A DNA stretch of 63,746 bases, filler included, from Candidatus Nanoarchaeia archaeon (GTDB taxonomy: Archaea; Nanobdellota; Nanobdellia; Woesearchaeales; DATDTY01): NCBI GenBank assembly GCA_035290625.1. It is 5 parts of 5 records of this genome, joined end to end, with 100 filler letters (N's around TTAATTAATTAA, not from the genome) between each part and the next. Parts side by side here need not be neighbours in the genome. Positions count along the whole stretch, not along the records: positions 1 to 25,942 come from DATDTY010000039.1; 4 more parts are not named here. One strand, 5' to 3'. The position numbers were made by a program, and so were the translations under genes. The notes under the pieces were generated by a model. It ran no database searches. It saw nothing but the letters and a program-made list of their open reading frames with translations, and had not been told where the DNA came from. Numbering within the stretch: the first letter of the stretch is position 1; every line of letters begins with the position of its first letter. Shown here one piece after another: positions 10,278 through 21,719 of this stretch.

Positions 10278-10418
10278 CGGCGTGCGGTTTAATCTAATTC
10301 AACGCAGAAAATCTCACCAATGGCGACGGCAGGAAGAAAGTCAGGCCAAAGGTCTTACTTGACGAGCCGAGAGGTAGTGCATGGCCGCCGTCAGCTCGTG
10401 CCGTGAGGTGTCCTGTTA

Positions 10419-10461
10419 AACTCATGAAGGGAGTACTAAACGAATGTCGTGAGTGACAGAA
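10419..10461 (+). other. 43-nt BHB-like intron in 16S (near E. coli position ~1093)
   Basis: Helix CTGT/ACAG with TAA and AAA bulges; excision restores CCTGTTAAGTCAGGCAACGAGCG. Confidence 0.85.
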
Positions 10462-10753
10462 AGTCAGGCAACGAGCGAGACCTGTACGTACAATTGCTAA
10501 CGACTCATTTTGAGGATTGAGTACATTGTACGGACTGCCTTCGAAAGGAGGAGGAAGGTGCAGGCAACGGTAGGTCTGTATGCTCCGAATCTATTGGGCT
10601 ACACGCGCGCAACAATGGTAAGGACAATGGGTTACAACTCCGAAAGGAGAAGTTAAACCTCGAAACCTTATCGTAGTTCAGATTGAGGGTTGGAACTCAC
10701 CCTCATGACGTTGGAATCCCTAGTAATCGAGTGTCATCATCGCTTGGTGAATG

Positions 10754-10789
<36 letters not shown>

Positions 10790-10864
10790 ACCGAGCAGGG
10801 TTTAGGTGAGTATAAGGTTTTTACCTTATCCGAACCTAAGCTCAGTGAGGTGGGTTAAGTCGTC

Positions 10865-10907
<43 letters not shown>

Positions 10908-10951
10908 TTTTGTTTTAATATCACTGGTCGGTAAACCTTCACAATCATGCC

Positions 10952-11064
10952 GGGCCCGTAGCTCAGCAGCAGAGCGCCGCCCTTGCACGTGACAAAGTCA
11001 CACAAGCGAGGCGGAGGTCTCGGGTTCAAAATGTGGAATGCACATGAACGTCCCGACGGGTCCA
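10952..11064 (+). tRNA. tRNA-Ala(TGC) in the ITS with two introns (10988-11008 at 37/38; 11031-11050 in T-loop)
   Basis: Both BHB excisions restore canonical CTTGCAA and TTCAAAT loops. Confidence 0.92.
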
Positions 11065-11171
11065 GTTCCTGATTGCATCACAAGAATCACGATGATAGAG
11101 AAAGATCAGGTTCAGAATCGCAGGATTCTGAATCTGGGTCGATAAATGATGAGACCATGCAGACAAAGGAG

Positions 11172-14104
11172 CCAATCAAATGCTATTAGGTGGATGACTC
11201 GGTTCTAGAGCTGATGAAGGATGTGACTAGCTGCATTAAGCTTTGGCGAGATGCATGTAATCCTTGAACCAAAGATATCCGAATGGGACTTCCCTTTAAA
11301 TCCGAAAGGATGGGGAACTTGGGGGACTGAAACATCTTAGTACCCAAAGGAAAAGAAATCAATCGAGATGCTGTGAGTAAGAGCGACCGAAAACAGCACA
11401 AGACAAACCGAATCTTCCTTAGAAATAAGGAAGGGATGTGGTGTTGAAGGACTGCCTTTTATCCGGCTCGGATGATTCAAACTCTTCTGGAAAGTTGGGC
11501 CGAAGAGGGTGAAAGCCCCGTAGAAGAAATCTGAGTGGATTGTGGCAGGATCCTGAGTACTGTTCGCTGGAAACCGAACAGGAAGCTGGGAGGCATCAAC
11601 TTCCAATCTTAAATACTCCTAGAGACCGATAGAGAATAAGTACCGTGAGGGAAAGTTGAAAAGAACCCTTAACAGGAACTGAAAAGACCCTGAAACCTAA
11701 TAGCTATAGTGGGGTGCGGCTTTACGGAGTTGCACCGTGCGTTTTGAATAACGTGCCAGGGAGTGTATCTGAGTGGCGAGAGTAATCTGAAAAGGAGGAC
11801 TCATAGGGAAACCAATGACCCGCAGCTTGCAAGGGGTAAGGTATGAAAGTGCCTTGAGTCACTTGGGTACGACCCGAATCCGAGCGATCTACTCCAGGGC
11901 AGGGTGAAGTCAGGGTAAAACCTGGTGGAGGCCCGAAGAGGTTCTACGGGCAAGTGTTCTTCTGACCTTGGAATAGGGGTGAAAAGCCAATCGAGCTCGG
12001 TGATAGCTGGTTCCAGCCGAAGTTGGCCGTAGTCAAGTCTGAAGCGAGAGCGCCTAAGTGGTAAAGAGACGGATTTTAGGTATCAGGTGTCGAAAGGCAT
12101 CGGTCTTTTGTCCAACTCAGAATGCTTAGGCCTTGTAGACCTTTGGATACGGGGTGCCGGGGTAAGCTTGGTATCCGAGAGGGGAACAACCCAGACTTCC
12201 GTTAAGGTCCCAAAATAATGACTCAGTGTGAAAGGGTGAAGAGTGTCCGCAACCTGAGACAGCGAGGAGGTTGGCTTAGAAGCAGCCATCCTTTAAAAAG
12301 TGCGTAATAGCTTACTCGTCAAGGTTGTAGGCCTCGAAGATGGACGGGGCTAAGTCATTTACCGATACGGAAGACATCATATGATTGTGATAGGCTGGCG
12401 TTTTGATAGGGCAGAAGCACGCTCGAGAGAGTGTGTAGACCTTTCAAAAATGAAAATCCTGGCGGAAGTAGGAGCAGAGAAGAGTGAGACACTCTTCCAC
12501 CGAAAGGGCAAGGGTTCCTTGGCAATGTCAATCAGCCAAGGGTTAGTTGATCCTAACCACGTTCAGAAATTGAACAAAGGGAAAGGGAAACAGGTTAATA
12601 TTCCTGTACTATTCGAGTATGCGCGGCAACGCAAGTCTTGTTTCTGACGCTTCGGGAGAGGTCGGCATATCCAGTGAGGTATGTTAACCTGGACAAATGA
12701 AGGGAGTATTGTAACGATGAGAACTTCATTAAAACAGGGAATAGTATTCCGCAAGGAGTATCCGGCTCGTATCTGGAGCTCATAAAAAAGGAACAGGAAA
12801 AGATCTCGGATATTCATACCCAGAACCAGCACTGGTGCCCCTAGGTGAGAAGCCTAAGGTGTGTAGGTATAATCCAATTAAGGGAACTCGGCAAATTAGT
12901 CCCGTGACTTCGGCATAAGGGATCCCTGCGGTTGTCAACGCGATCGCAGGGCGCAGTAACAGAGATGGTCCGACTGTTTAACAAAAACCAAATTAACTGC
13001 TAGCCTGTAAAGGTGCGTACAGTTGATGACGCCTGCCCAGTGCCAGTACTTGAAACCCCAATTCAATGGGGCTAAGAGCTGGTAAACGGCGGGGGTAACT
13101 ATAACTCTCTTAAGGTAGCGTAATACCTTGCCGATTGAATGTCGGCTCGCATGAATGGCGTAACGAGATCGTCGCTGTCCCTAGTTGGAAGCCTCCGAAC
13201 ACTCTTTCCTGGTGCAAAGGCCAGGGATCTCCAGTGGGAAGTGAAGACCCCGTGAAACTTTACTGTAGCTTGCTGCTGTTATGTGGGCTTCGTTATATAG
13301 CGTAAGTAGGAGTCGTTAAAGCAAAGGCGCAAGCTTTTGTGTAGACGCCAATGTAACACTACTTTTCGGAGCCTACGTAACTCATTGGGAAACCAAGACA
13401 CCAGCAGGTGGACAGTTTGGCTGGGGTGGCACCCTGCTGAAAAGATATCAGCAGGGCCCTAAGGTTGGCTCAAGAGGTTCAGAAATCCTCTGTAGAGTGT
13501 AAGGGCATAAGCCGGCCTGATTGGACTTCTATCAAGATGAACTCCAAACGCGAAAGCGTGGCCTAGCGAACTCCCGTACCTCCTTGGTGGGGGTCGGGAA
13601 TGACCGAAAAGTTACTCCGGGGATAACAGAGTCGTCTCGCCCGAGAGTTCATATCGACGGCGAGGCTTGCTACATCGATGTCGGCTCTTCCTATCCTGCG
13701 CGTGCAGAATATTTCGAAGGAACTGAGAAATGCTCAGAAATCTTCGATTTCTGTTGGCGTGCAAGGGTGGGGGTGTTCACCCGTTAAAAGGGATCGTGAG
13801 CTGGGTTCAGAACGCTGCGAGGCAGTTTGTTTAATATCTACTGGAGATGTTGGTGTCTGAAGGGAAGGAAGCCATAGTACGAGAGGAACTGGCTTTCGGA
13901 GCCTCTGGTTTACCTGTTATCTTCCAAGGTACGCAGGGCAGCTACGCTCTAAGGGATAAGTGCTGAAAGCATCTAAGCACGAAGCCCTCCTTGAAAAGAG
14001 ACACCGCAGGACCCTCCTAGAAGAGGAGCTTGATGGGATTGGTGTGTACGCACGAAGCTTCGGCGACGTGTTCAGCATGCAATTTCCAAACGTCCGTAAT
14101 TGGT
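11172..14104 (+). rRNA. rrl: 23S rRNA (ends approximate) with one short insertion
   Basis: CTGAAACATCTTAGTACC, GGTAACTATAACTCTCTTAAGGTAGC, peptidyl-transferase region; processing stem GACCATGCAGACAA (11153)/TTGTCTGCATGGTC (~14109). Confidence 0.97.
13710..13756 (+). other. 47-nt insertion, probable BHB intron, in 23S near E. coli ~2534
   Basis: Helix GCAG/CTGT with AAT and TGG bulges; excision restores GCGCG-TGCAGAAG-CGTGC hairpin. Confidence 0.7.
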
Positions 14105-14221
14105 TTCCTTGTCTGCATGGTCTTTTTTTCTTTTACAGTCAGATGACAAAGAGATAGCGAAAGCTCTATCTGAACCAAGCTCACAATAGTTTTTTATAGA
14201 TGCTCTTGCGCGCCCCTAATA

Positions 14222-14653
14222 ATGGCGCGGATGTACAAGAACATAGAGATTTGGGGATTGAGCTACAATTTTGTATTGGATATGTATGCACTTACCGAAA
14301 AGTTCCCGGAAAGTGAAAGAAACAATTTGACATCGCAGATGAGAAGGGCGGCAACCTCAATTCCGTTGAATATAGCTGAAGGGAGTAGCAGAAAGTCAAC
14401 CAAAGAATTTCTAAACTTCCTTAATTATGCATACGGTTCTGCAAAAGAGCTGGATGTCCTCTTATCGCTATCCAAGGATTTAAAGTTTGTTAATAAGGAA
14501 GAATACGACGTTGCATATAAAAAATTGGATAAGCTCATGGCAAAATTGTATGCATTTCTGCAAAATATCGAAAAACGGTTGGGCAATAAAAAGAAATTTA
14601 ATTTCTTCCAAAAGTTTGAAGAAGTCAAGCAATACAAAAGTGATCTAAATTGA
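14222..14653 (+). CDS. Four-helix-bundle protein (23S rRNA IVS-protein / bAvd-like family)
   Basis: FPESE..NLTSQMRRAATSIPLNIAEGSSR...FLNYAYGSAKEL. Confidence 0.9.
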   Translation: MARMYKNIEIWGLSYNFVLDMYALTEKFPESERNNLTSQMRRAATSIPLNIAEGSSRKSTKEFLNFLNYAYGSAKELDVLLSLSKDLKFVNKEEYDVAYKKLDKLMAKLYAFLQNIEKRLGNKKKFNFFQKFEEVKQYKSDLN

Positions 14654-15633
14654 TTTGCTTAGGGATAGAATCAACAGCCCACACCTTCGGCGTTGGAATC
14701 GTTACAGGCAAGGGGAAGATTCTGGCAAATGCCCGGTCAGTGTTCACCACAAAGTGTGGGGGTATCCATCCAACAAAGGCAAAAGAGCATCACGAAAAAG
14801 CTGCGGAAAGCATCATGAAGGATGCCTTCAGCCAGTCCCATCTTACCGAACAGGATATCGATCTTATTGCATTTTCCCAAGGCCCGGGGCTTCCACCGTG
14901 TCTTCTGGTGGGCCTGAAGAAAGCCAGAGAGATTGCAATCAGGAACAAAATCCCATTGATCGGTGTTAATCACTGCATTGCCCATCTTGAAATCGGAAGG
15001 CTGCTCACAAAGGCGGAGGATCCAGTATTGGTGTATGTTTCCGGAGCCAACACCCAGATCATCGCCTACGAAGGGAGAAAGTACAGGGTCTTCGGTGAAA
15101 CTCTTGATAATGGGATAGGGAATTTTCTCGACGGATTTGCCCGGGCTTTGGGTTTTGGCTTCCCAGGCGGACCAAAGATTATGGAATTGGCGAAAAAAGC
15201 AAAAAGATTTGTTGAGCTGCCGTATGCTGTCAAAGGTATGGACGTTTCATTTGGCGGAATCCAGACAAACCTCAAGCAGAAAATGATGCAAGGCTACGCA
15301 AAGGAAGATCTCGCCTACTCCTGCCAGGAGACAGTCTTTGCGATGGTGACTGAGGTCACAGAAAGGGCATTGGCGCATACAGGAAAAAGAGAGGTGGTTT
15401 TAGGAGGAGGAGTAGCCTGTAATACACGACTTCAGGAGATGATGAGGAAGATGTGTAAGGCGCGTGGAGCAAAATCCTACAAAGTTCAGAATGAGTTCAA
15501 CAATGACAACGGAGCAATGATTGCGTGGTTAGGCTGTGTTCAGTATTCCTGCCATAAAAAAAATACAGGAGATGCCAAAGCAGATATCAAGCCGCGTTGG
15601 CGGACCGATGATGTTGAAGTGTATTGGCGATAG
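14650..15633 (+). CDS. kae1: tRNA t6A synthase Kae1/TsaD
   Basis: LGIESTAHT, VNHCIAHLE, VSGANTQ, GGVACN, DNGAMIA. Confidence 0.96.
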   Translation: MICLGIESTAHTFGVGIVTGKGKILANARSVFTTKCGGIHPTKAKEHHEKAAESIMKDAFSQSHLTEQDIDLIAFSQGPGLPPCLLVGLKKAREIAIRNKIPLIGVNHCIAHLEIGRLLTKAEDPVLVYVSGANTQIIAYEGRKYRVFGETLDNGIGNFLDGFARALGFGFPGGPKIMELAKKAKRFVELPYAVKGMDVSFGGIQTNLKQKMMQGYAKEDLAYSCQETVFAMVTEVTERALAHTGKREVVLGGGVACNTRLQEMMRKMCKARGAKSYKVQNEFNNDNGAMIAWLGCVQYSCHKKNTGDAKADIKPRWRTDDVEVYWR

Positions 15634-15648
15634 AGCGGTATAGGGCAG

Positions 15649-15832
15649 GGCTCAGTAGAAAGTCCGGCATCATTTTTGCGGGCTTCTTCAGCTCCATAAA
15701 CGGTGCTGACAGAGGGTAGGCCCCTTCGGGGCTGCCAGCATACGCGAATCCAAGCGCAAGCGAGCCGTCGGCGTGCGAGCAAGCCCACCTTGCTCGCTTG
15801 CAAGCCACTGCCGACTGACTTCCTACTGAGCC
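15649..15832. mobile_element. MITE-like element family B, copy 1 (184 bp)
   Basis: TIR GGCTCAGTAG..CTACTGAGCC; homologous to 21536-21719. Confidence 0.8.
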
Positions 15833-15870
15833 ATACAGAAGAGAGGTTAAGGGACAAAGCAATACTTGCA

Positions 15871-17754
15871 TCAGGCAGATTTCAGCTTCTTAAGGATTTC
15901 CTGTTTTCCTTTCCAGTTCAACGCCTCGGCCAAGACATCAACTATTGAGCTAACAGCAATAATCTCTATCTTTTTCATCTTGGCAGGATCAAGGATGATA
16001 TCATTCAGGTTTGATTGAGGCACAATGACTTTCTTCAGTCCTGCTTCTATTGCCGCCTCCACCTTCGCAGATACCCCCCCAACGGGAAGGACATCTCCTC
16101 GAACGGAAAGTGATCCAGTCATCGCAATGCTCTGCTTCACAGGGATTTCATGGAGTGCAGAGATGATAGAGGTTGCCAAAGCTATAGAGGCTGAGTCCCC
16201 TTCAACTCCTTCATAGGTTTGGAGGAATTGCACAAAAATGTCATATTTCTCCTTGATGTCAACGCCAAAGTAGCGCTTAATCACGGCAGAGACATTCGTA
16301 ACAGCCTCTTTCGCAATCTCACCGAGCTTTCCAGTTGCAATAATCTTTGAGCCTTTTCCAGGAGTCACTTGGGATTCGATAGGAAGGATGATTCCTGCAT
16401 AGACTGCTGTCTCTCCGCCTCCCAAGACAGCGAGGCCATTGACTCTCCCGACTTTCTCACCCTGGGTAATAATCACATTATACTCTTTTTTGCGCTCAAT
16501 GTATTTATCAGAGATCTGCTGCTCCAAGGTACGCGCAGACTTCATGCCTGCAAGGATATGCTCTTTGGTGGCAAGGGATGCGTTCTGTTCAACAGCAACA
16601 TCCCCTGCTGCACGGATAAGGCCCCCAAGCTCCCTGAGCCGAAGAGTCAAGTGCCCTTTCCTGCTTGCCCTGCGTTTTGCCTCCTCGATGATCTCAAGAA
16701 CAGCATCCCTGCTAAAGGGAGGAATCTTTTTATCCCGGCTGATCTCCTGGGCAACGAATAATGCCAGTTTATTCCTGTTCTCTGCGGTGTCTGGCATGGT
16801 TTCCTGCATAAACACCTCATACCCATACCCCCGTATTCTGGACCGCAGCGCCGGATGCATGTTCTTTATGGTCTCCTGGTTGCCTGCTGCAACAAGGACG
16901 AAATCGCAGGGAACTGGCTCAGTCCGTACCATCGCTCCCGCAGAGCGCTCGCTCTGTCCGGTAATGCTGAATTTCTTTTCCTGCAGCGCAGAGAGAAGCT
17001 CCTGCTGGGTCTGCGGCGCCAGCGTTGCCATCTCATCAATGAACAGCACGCCCATATGCGCCTTATGGATCATCCCTGCAACAACACGCTCATGCGCAGG
17101 AGTTCCAAGGCCGCCGCTTTGAAAGGGATCATGAAGCACATCGCCAAGCAGGGCTCCTGCATGGGCTCCTGTAGCATCATAGAATGGAGCCTGTTTTTGC
17201 TGGAAATTATCAACAATGATTTTTGGAATCCTTGTACGATCTCCCATCTTCTTTCCAAGGTTCATGAAGATGGCAAAGGCTACGAGAAATGCCATCCCTC
17301 CAAGGAAGAATGCGGTGAACATTATGGCAGCGACTGTAGCTCCATACAGCTTAGTATAGTAGGAATATGCCCACCAGGGCGCAAACATGGCAACAAGGAC
17401 AAGGATAAACATGACAAAGTTCTGGTTCTTAAAGCTCGTCACGCTCTGGACACGTGCTTTCGCAACAAGCTCCCGGGAGGACCCGCCCGGCATCGTCCTG
17501 ATAAGAGGCTGGTTCTCATCATTAGGGTTGGGAAAAGCTACAATATCCAAGAGCTTCTCCTTGGGAAGCAGCTCTGCCAACGCCATTCCAAGCATGGATT
17601 TGCCTGTTCCAGGATCCCCAATGAGGAAAACATGCCTGCGCTGCTTGCTCGCCTTCCTGCTGATAGCAACAGCATGATCCTGGCCAATAACCTGATCGAT
17701 AAGCGCCTTTGGCACTTGCAGTTCTGCTGTCGTCTCAAATTGTAGGGAAGGCAT
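15871..17754 (-). CDS. lonB: Archaeal ATP-dependent protease LonB
   Basis: [10 protein letters not shown] insertion, LFIDE, EGDSAS catalytic Ser, PVGGVSAK. Confidence 0.96.
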   Translation of the reverse strand: MPSLQFETTAELQVPKALIDQVIGQDHAVAISRKASKQRRHVFLIGDPGTGKSMLGMALAELLPKEKLLDIVAFPNPNDENQPLIRTMPGGSSRELVAKARVQSVTSFKNQNFVMFILVLVAMFAPWWAYSYYTKLYGATVAAIMFTAFFLGGMAFLVAFAIFMNLGKKMGDRTRIPKIIVDNFQQKQAPFYDATGAHAGALLGDVLHDPFQSGGLGTPAHERVVAGMIHKAHMGVLFIDEMATLAPQTQQELLSALQEKKFSITGQSERSAGAMVRTEPVPCDFVLVAAGNQETIKNMHPALRSRIRGYGYEVFMQETMPDTAENRNKLALFVAQEISRDKKIPPFSRDAVLEIIEEAKRRASRKGHLTLRLRELGGLIRAAGDVAVEQNASLATKEHILAGMKSARTLEQQISDKYIERKKEYNVIITQGEKVGRVNGLAVLGGGETAVYAGIILPIESQVTPGKGSKIIATGKLGEIAKEAVTNVSAVIKRYFGVDIKEKYDIFVQFLQTYEGVEGDSASIALATSIISALHEIPVKQSIAMTGSLSVRGDVLPVGGVSAKVEAAIEAGLKKVIVPQSNLNDIILDPAKMKKIEIIAVSSIVDVLAEALNWKGKQEILKKLKSA

Positions 17755-17830
17755 GAATGACCAGAATCGAGGTGCTTTTAAAAAGATTATGATTTAAGGC
17801 ACAGGCCATAGGAAATGCCCAAAGCAAAAA

Positions 17831-18027
17831 GGCTCCGGTGAAAATGGCGTTGCCGTCAGTTCGTGAGGCTCTTAAGCACAAAGACGTCAAACCGACGAGG
17901 GGGTTGTCCCATTCGGGGAATGCCGGTCACCCCCATTGTATGCGCAGCCGAACCGACGTGCTCCGAAGGAGCGCCCGGAAATGCTTGGCATTTCCGACGG
18001 CAACCTTGAAAAGATTTTCACCGATCC
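17831..18027. mobile_element. MITE-like element family C, copy 1
   Basis: TIR CGGTGAAAAT..ATTTTCACCG; flanked by direct repeat AAGCAAAAA (17822-17830, 18028-18036). Confidence 0.8.
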
Positions 18028-18186
18028 AAGCAAAAAGTAAAAGTATAAATAACCGAGCCATTCTCCCTCACTGCATGAAAATTGCTAAAGATGCGGAGAG
18101 TGGATACGCTGTGTCTTTAGGCCTGCTTCTCCTGCTGCTCTGAGGCCCCATCGCCGGGATATCCTTGATGGGCCTTTGCATATGAT

Positions 18187-18750
18187 TTGTTCTGGGGTAT
18201 TCTGGCAATGCAAAAAAAGGTTACTGCAATGACTATCGTATCTCCCAGTGAAGGGCTTTTAAGAAAGCTGAGTGATGAGAGAATCATATACTTGAAGCGT
18301 GAGGAGAGAGCTTTCCTTGAGCGCGGCATGAGCAGAGAGGAAGTTCGTTTTCGATACAGCCAGGATAGGGTGGGAATCAGGGGGATTGTCACGTCGTTAG
18401 GAGGACCTATCAGGATTGGGGGTAAAATAGTGTTAAGCCTGCCTGAGACCCTAAAATTCGGGTCTGAAAAAGGCGTGGAGTGTGTAGAGGCAGTGGAGTA
18501 TCCATCTCATGCAACCTTCGAATCTGTTGGCCTTTACTGGATGGAGGACGCAGCAACAGGGATCCATGAGGAATCTGAGCAGCAAGGATTGCAGGATTTA
18601 GTATTTCCTGCGATGCTCATCTACGCTCTCAACCATATGGAGCAGATAGGAACCTATCAGTATCGTTTTAAGAAAGGAGTTCCACGAGAGGGCACCATTC
18701 TGGCAGCATACGTCACCGATAAATACGTCAGGACCCCGGCATACTTTTAA
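18187..18750 (+). CDS. Hypothetical protein
   Basis: 187-aa ORF with no recognisable motif; start uncertain. Confidence 0.5.
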   Translation: MFWGILAMQKKVTAMTIVSPSEGLLRKLSDERIIYLKREERAFLERGMSREEVRFRYSQDRVGIRGIVTSLGGPIRIGGKIVLSLPETLKFGSEKGVECVEAVEYPSHATFESVGLYWMEDAATGIHEESEQQGLQDLVFPAMLIYALNHMEQIGTYQYRFKKGVPREGTILAAYVTDKYVRTPAYF

Positions 18751-18776
18751 ACAGGAGCAAATCCCTTTCTATAACT

Positions 18777-19115
18777 GTGAAAGAAGCGACAATCCTCAAA
18801 ATTAGCCTTGTAACCACGATTATAGGCCTATTTCTTTTATTTTACATTGGACTACAGCCGCTTGCCGAAACTTCAGCAGAAGATCTCCTGGAAAAAACAG
18901 AAGGAGCCGTGAAATTTACAGGCCAGGTCAAAGGCGTATCAAGAGCAGAGGGAGTTACTTTTGTAAAAGTGGTGCAGCCTGTAGAGACAACAGTTGTTGT
19001 TTTTGGCAATACAATCAACCTCAGCCAGGGAGATACTATTGAGATCATTGGAGACCTAGACCAGTTTAATGGGCAAAAAGAAGTTATTGCACGCAGAATC
19101 CGCATGGTTACATGA
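18777..19115 (+). CDS. Membrane-anchored OB-fold protein
   Basis: N-terminal TM; VKFTGQV...GDTIEIIG....GQKEVIA. Confidence 0.7.
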   Translation: MKEATILKISLVTTIIGLFLLFYIGLQPLAETSAEDLLEKTEGAVKFTGQVKGVSRAEGVTFVKVVQPVETTVVVFGNTINLSQGDTIEIIGDLDQFNGQKEVIARRIRMVT

Positions 19116-19146
19116 GAGAGCAAAGATAGGATTGAGTAAGGTAGGA

Positions 19147-20199
19147 TTAAGAAAGTTGTGTGGAGAGTTCTAGAGCAGGCAAATCCGCTGTAGTAATCCG
19201 TTGAGGGAGATAAGGCAATAGAAATGCCGGAGTAATGCCCATGTCCTGGTACCTTTCCCTTGTCTTGCGAATGGTGGGCTTGAGATACTTTAGGTATTCA
19301 TCCAAAGGCTCAGTAAAAGGATATTCCTGTCCATCCTCCTGGATTGTTGACCGAATATTGCTAAGCTCCTTCTGAATAATGAATGGGGGGCTCATGCTGT
19401 GCGAAATAAAGTCTGGATCATAATTTCCGATATTGTTCCCTATCAAACAGTAATGGATAAGCTGCCTGTCAAGAATCTCCATCAAGCCGAGAGCCTGCAG
19501 CTTGCCAAAATAGTACCCAAGCTTTTCCGTAGCGGCTGATGTATCCCGAAGAAGAGGGAAGAATCCGCGTAAGTACCAGAGTTTGTCTGAATTTGAAGCC
19601 AGCGCAGAAAATGGAGGCGTAACTCTGCCAAGATCAGTAGAGCTGTAGATTCTCTCTAATCCAATGAGAAGATGAGGTTCGGGGATTACCATCAGACCCC
19701 CATTCTTAGCTGCGCCAATCTGAGCAGGGGTTTTAGAGGAACCATAAAACTGCGCGGTTGAATCGTAATCAAACTTCTTGCCTAATCTCCTTCTGGCTAT
19801 TGGAGCAATCATTGTATCAAGAGGGTATTTCCGGGCCTCCCGTAAGATAAGAACACTCCCATCCTGCCCCTGCAGGCATGCGATGTTCGGAAGTTTTAAC
19901 ATGTCAGAATCAAAATTACTGCGGGGTCGTACTTCATACATTTTCTTTGAAGTGTCATCAAACATAATCTCCGCGAGGATATTAGCTGGTTCGGTTTGCC
20001 GCCAAGCAGCAACTTTGCGGGTAACCGGCTCATTATATTGCGGATCTGCGTGGTTCTTCCGCTTAAAGGAATTGAGATTAAGGTGAACCACATCTTCAAG
20101 TCCAGTATAGAGGGCATCAAAAACCTGTTGAGGGCTAAGTTCCTCCCCTTGTAAGGTAAAGGATATTCTGCGTGGTTTTCCCCTCTCGAAATTTGCCAT
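19147..20199 (-). CDS. Hypothetical protein
   Basis: 350-aa ORF with upstream TTTATAAA. Confidence 0.6.
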   Translation of the reverse strand: MANFERGKPRRISFTLQGEELSPQQVFDALYTGLEDVVHLNLNSFKRKNHADPQYNEPVTRKVAAWRQTEPANILAEIMFDDTSKKMYEVRPRSNFDSDMLKLPNIACLQGQDGSVLILREARKYPLDTMIAPIARRRLGKKFDYDSTAQFYGSSKTPAQIGAAKNGGLMVIPEPHLLIGLERIYSSTDLGRVTPPFSALASNSDKLWYLRGFFPLLRDTSAATEKLGYYFGKLQALGLMEILDRQLIHYCLIGNNIGNYDPDFISHSMSPPFIIQKELSNIRSTIQEDGQEYPFTEPLDEYLKYLKPTIRKTRERYQDMGITPAFLLPYLPQRITTADLPALELSTQLS

Positions 20200-20314
20200 G
20201 GGCTACATGCAAGTCCTTAGGGTTTATAAATCTTCCTTTTTTAACTACTTATAGATAGTTAAATTATTGAGTTTCGGTCATAAGCTATTATAAGTCCAGA
20301 ATATCTCTCCCTAT

Positions 20315-21523
20315 ATGTTTGAGATTATTGTTGCCATTGGCGTAGGGATCGTTTTCGGCATCATCACCGGCCTTACTCCGGGCATCCATATCAATCTCGT
20401 CAGTGTGCTGTTGGTCAGCTCCTCAAGCTACTTTCTTGGCTTTACAGAGCCAATCACGCTTGCGGTGTTCATTATAGCTATGGGGGTCACGCATACATTC
20501 CTTGATGCCATCCCCTCCATTTTCCTGGGAGCCCCAGATGAGTCCCAAATCCTCAATGTGCTGCCAGGCCATCGCTTATTGCTGAGAGGGATGGGCTATG
20601 AGGCAGTGAAGCTGACAGTAATTGGTTCCTTAATGGGGCTTCTGATAACAATCCTATTGCTCCCTATACTCATGCCGCTTTCGATCATTATATTTACAGG
20701 ATTGCAGAACGTGGTTGGCTACATCTTGGTGGCTGTAAGCGTCTTCATGATACTCAAGGAGAGAGGATTAAACAGGAAATTCTGGGCGTTTCTGGTGTTT
20801 ATGCTCTCAGGCATCCTTGGAGTCCTTGTCCTTACGATGCCTGATATCAGCCAGCCTTTATTCCCATTGCTTTCTGGCTTATTTGGAGTTGCCACACTCC
20901 TGGATTCGCTGACCCAGAACGTAAGCCTTCCTAAGCAACGAGTGACTGAAATGATAACACCAGAAAGGTCAGGCATGCTCAAGGCATTCGGAGGGGCTGT
21001 TTTTTCAGGCTCATTAACAGGATTGTTTCCTGGACTTGGCTCAGCTCACGCAGCAATCATTGCGATGCAGTTCCTTGGAAACATCGGCATGTACAGCTTT
21101 ATGATACTGATTGGAGGGATTAGCACGGTGAACTTCCTCTTCTCTCTGGTAACATTTTACACAATTGATAAGGCAAGGAACGGAGGCATTGTAGCCATAC
21201 AGGAGATTGTAGGAAGCATTGATTTCAGCCAGTTCATGCTTCTTGTGGCAGTTTCCCTTGTTGCTGGAGGCATTGCTACCTTCCTTGCATTGCTCTTCAG
21301 CAGGGGCTTTGCAGCTATTGTGAGCAAAGTGAACTACAAGCATCTCAGTCTGACGATTATGCTCCTCATTGGAATTCTTGCGGTCGTCTTTGATGGTCTT
21401 ACTGGCCTCTTAATCCTTGCCGCAAGCACAGCGATTGGTTTGATCCCTCCGCATGTGCAGGTGAAGCGCAGCATGGCAATGGGCGTTCTGCTGCTTCCTG
21501 TCATTCTGTTCTTCCTCTTGTGA
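20315..21523 (+). CDS. TctA-like (DUF112) membrane permease
   Basis: GLTPGIHIN, IPSIFLGAP, LPGHRLL; multiple TM helices. Confidence 0.88.
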   Translation: MFEIIVAIGVGIVFGIITGLTPGIHINLVSVLLVSSSSYFLGFTEPITLAVFIIAMGVTHTFLDAIPSIFLGAPDESQILNVLPGHRLLLRGMGYEAVKLTVIGSLMGLLITILLLPILMPLSIIIFTGLQNVVGYILVAVSVFMILKERGLNRKFWAFLVFMLSGILGVLVLTMPDISQPLFPLLSGLFGVATLLDSLTQNVSLPKQRVTEMITPERSGMLKAFGGAVFSGSLTGLFPGLGSAHAAIIAMQFLGNIGMYSFMILIGGISTVNFLFSLVTFYTIDKARNGGIVAIQEIVGSIDFSQFMLLVAVSLVAGGIATFLALLFSRGFAAIVSKVNYKHLSLTIMLLIGILAVVFDGLTGLLILAASTAIGLIPPHVQVKRSMAMGVLLLPVILFFLL

Positions 21524-21535
21524 GATCTATCTTCC

Positions 21536-21719
21536 GGCTCAGTAGAAAGTCCGGCATCAATTCTGCGAGCTTCTTTGCAATCATGAGCAGTGCTGACAGA
21601 GGGTTGCCCCATCCGGGGGTGTCAGCAATCGCAGATACAAGAACAAGCGAGCCGGTGGCTAGCGAGCAAGCTCGCCTTGCTCGCTTGCAAGCCACTGCCG
21701 ATTGAATTTCTACTGAGCC
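21536..21719. mobile_element. MITE-like element family B, copy 2 (184 bp)
   Basis: TIR GGCTCAGTAGAAA..TTTCTACTGAGCC; CTTCC repeated on both flanks. Confidence 0.8.

Noticed and set aside
15655..15850. GTAGAAAGTCCGG...ACAGAA resembling RNase P RNA conserved regions
   Set aside because: Part of a duplicated TIR-bounded element; P4 pairing and other conserved regions not found
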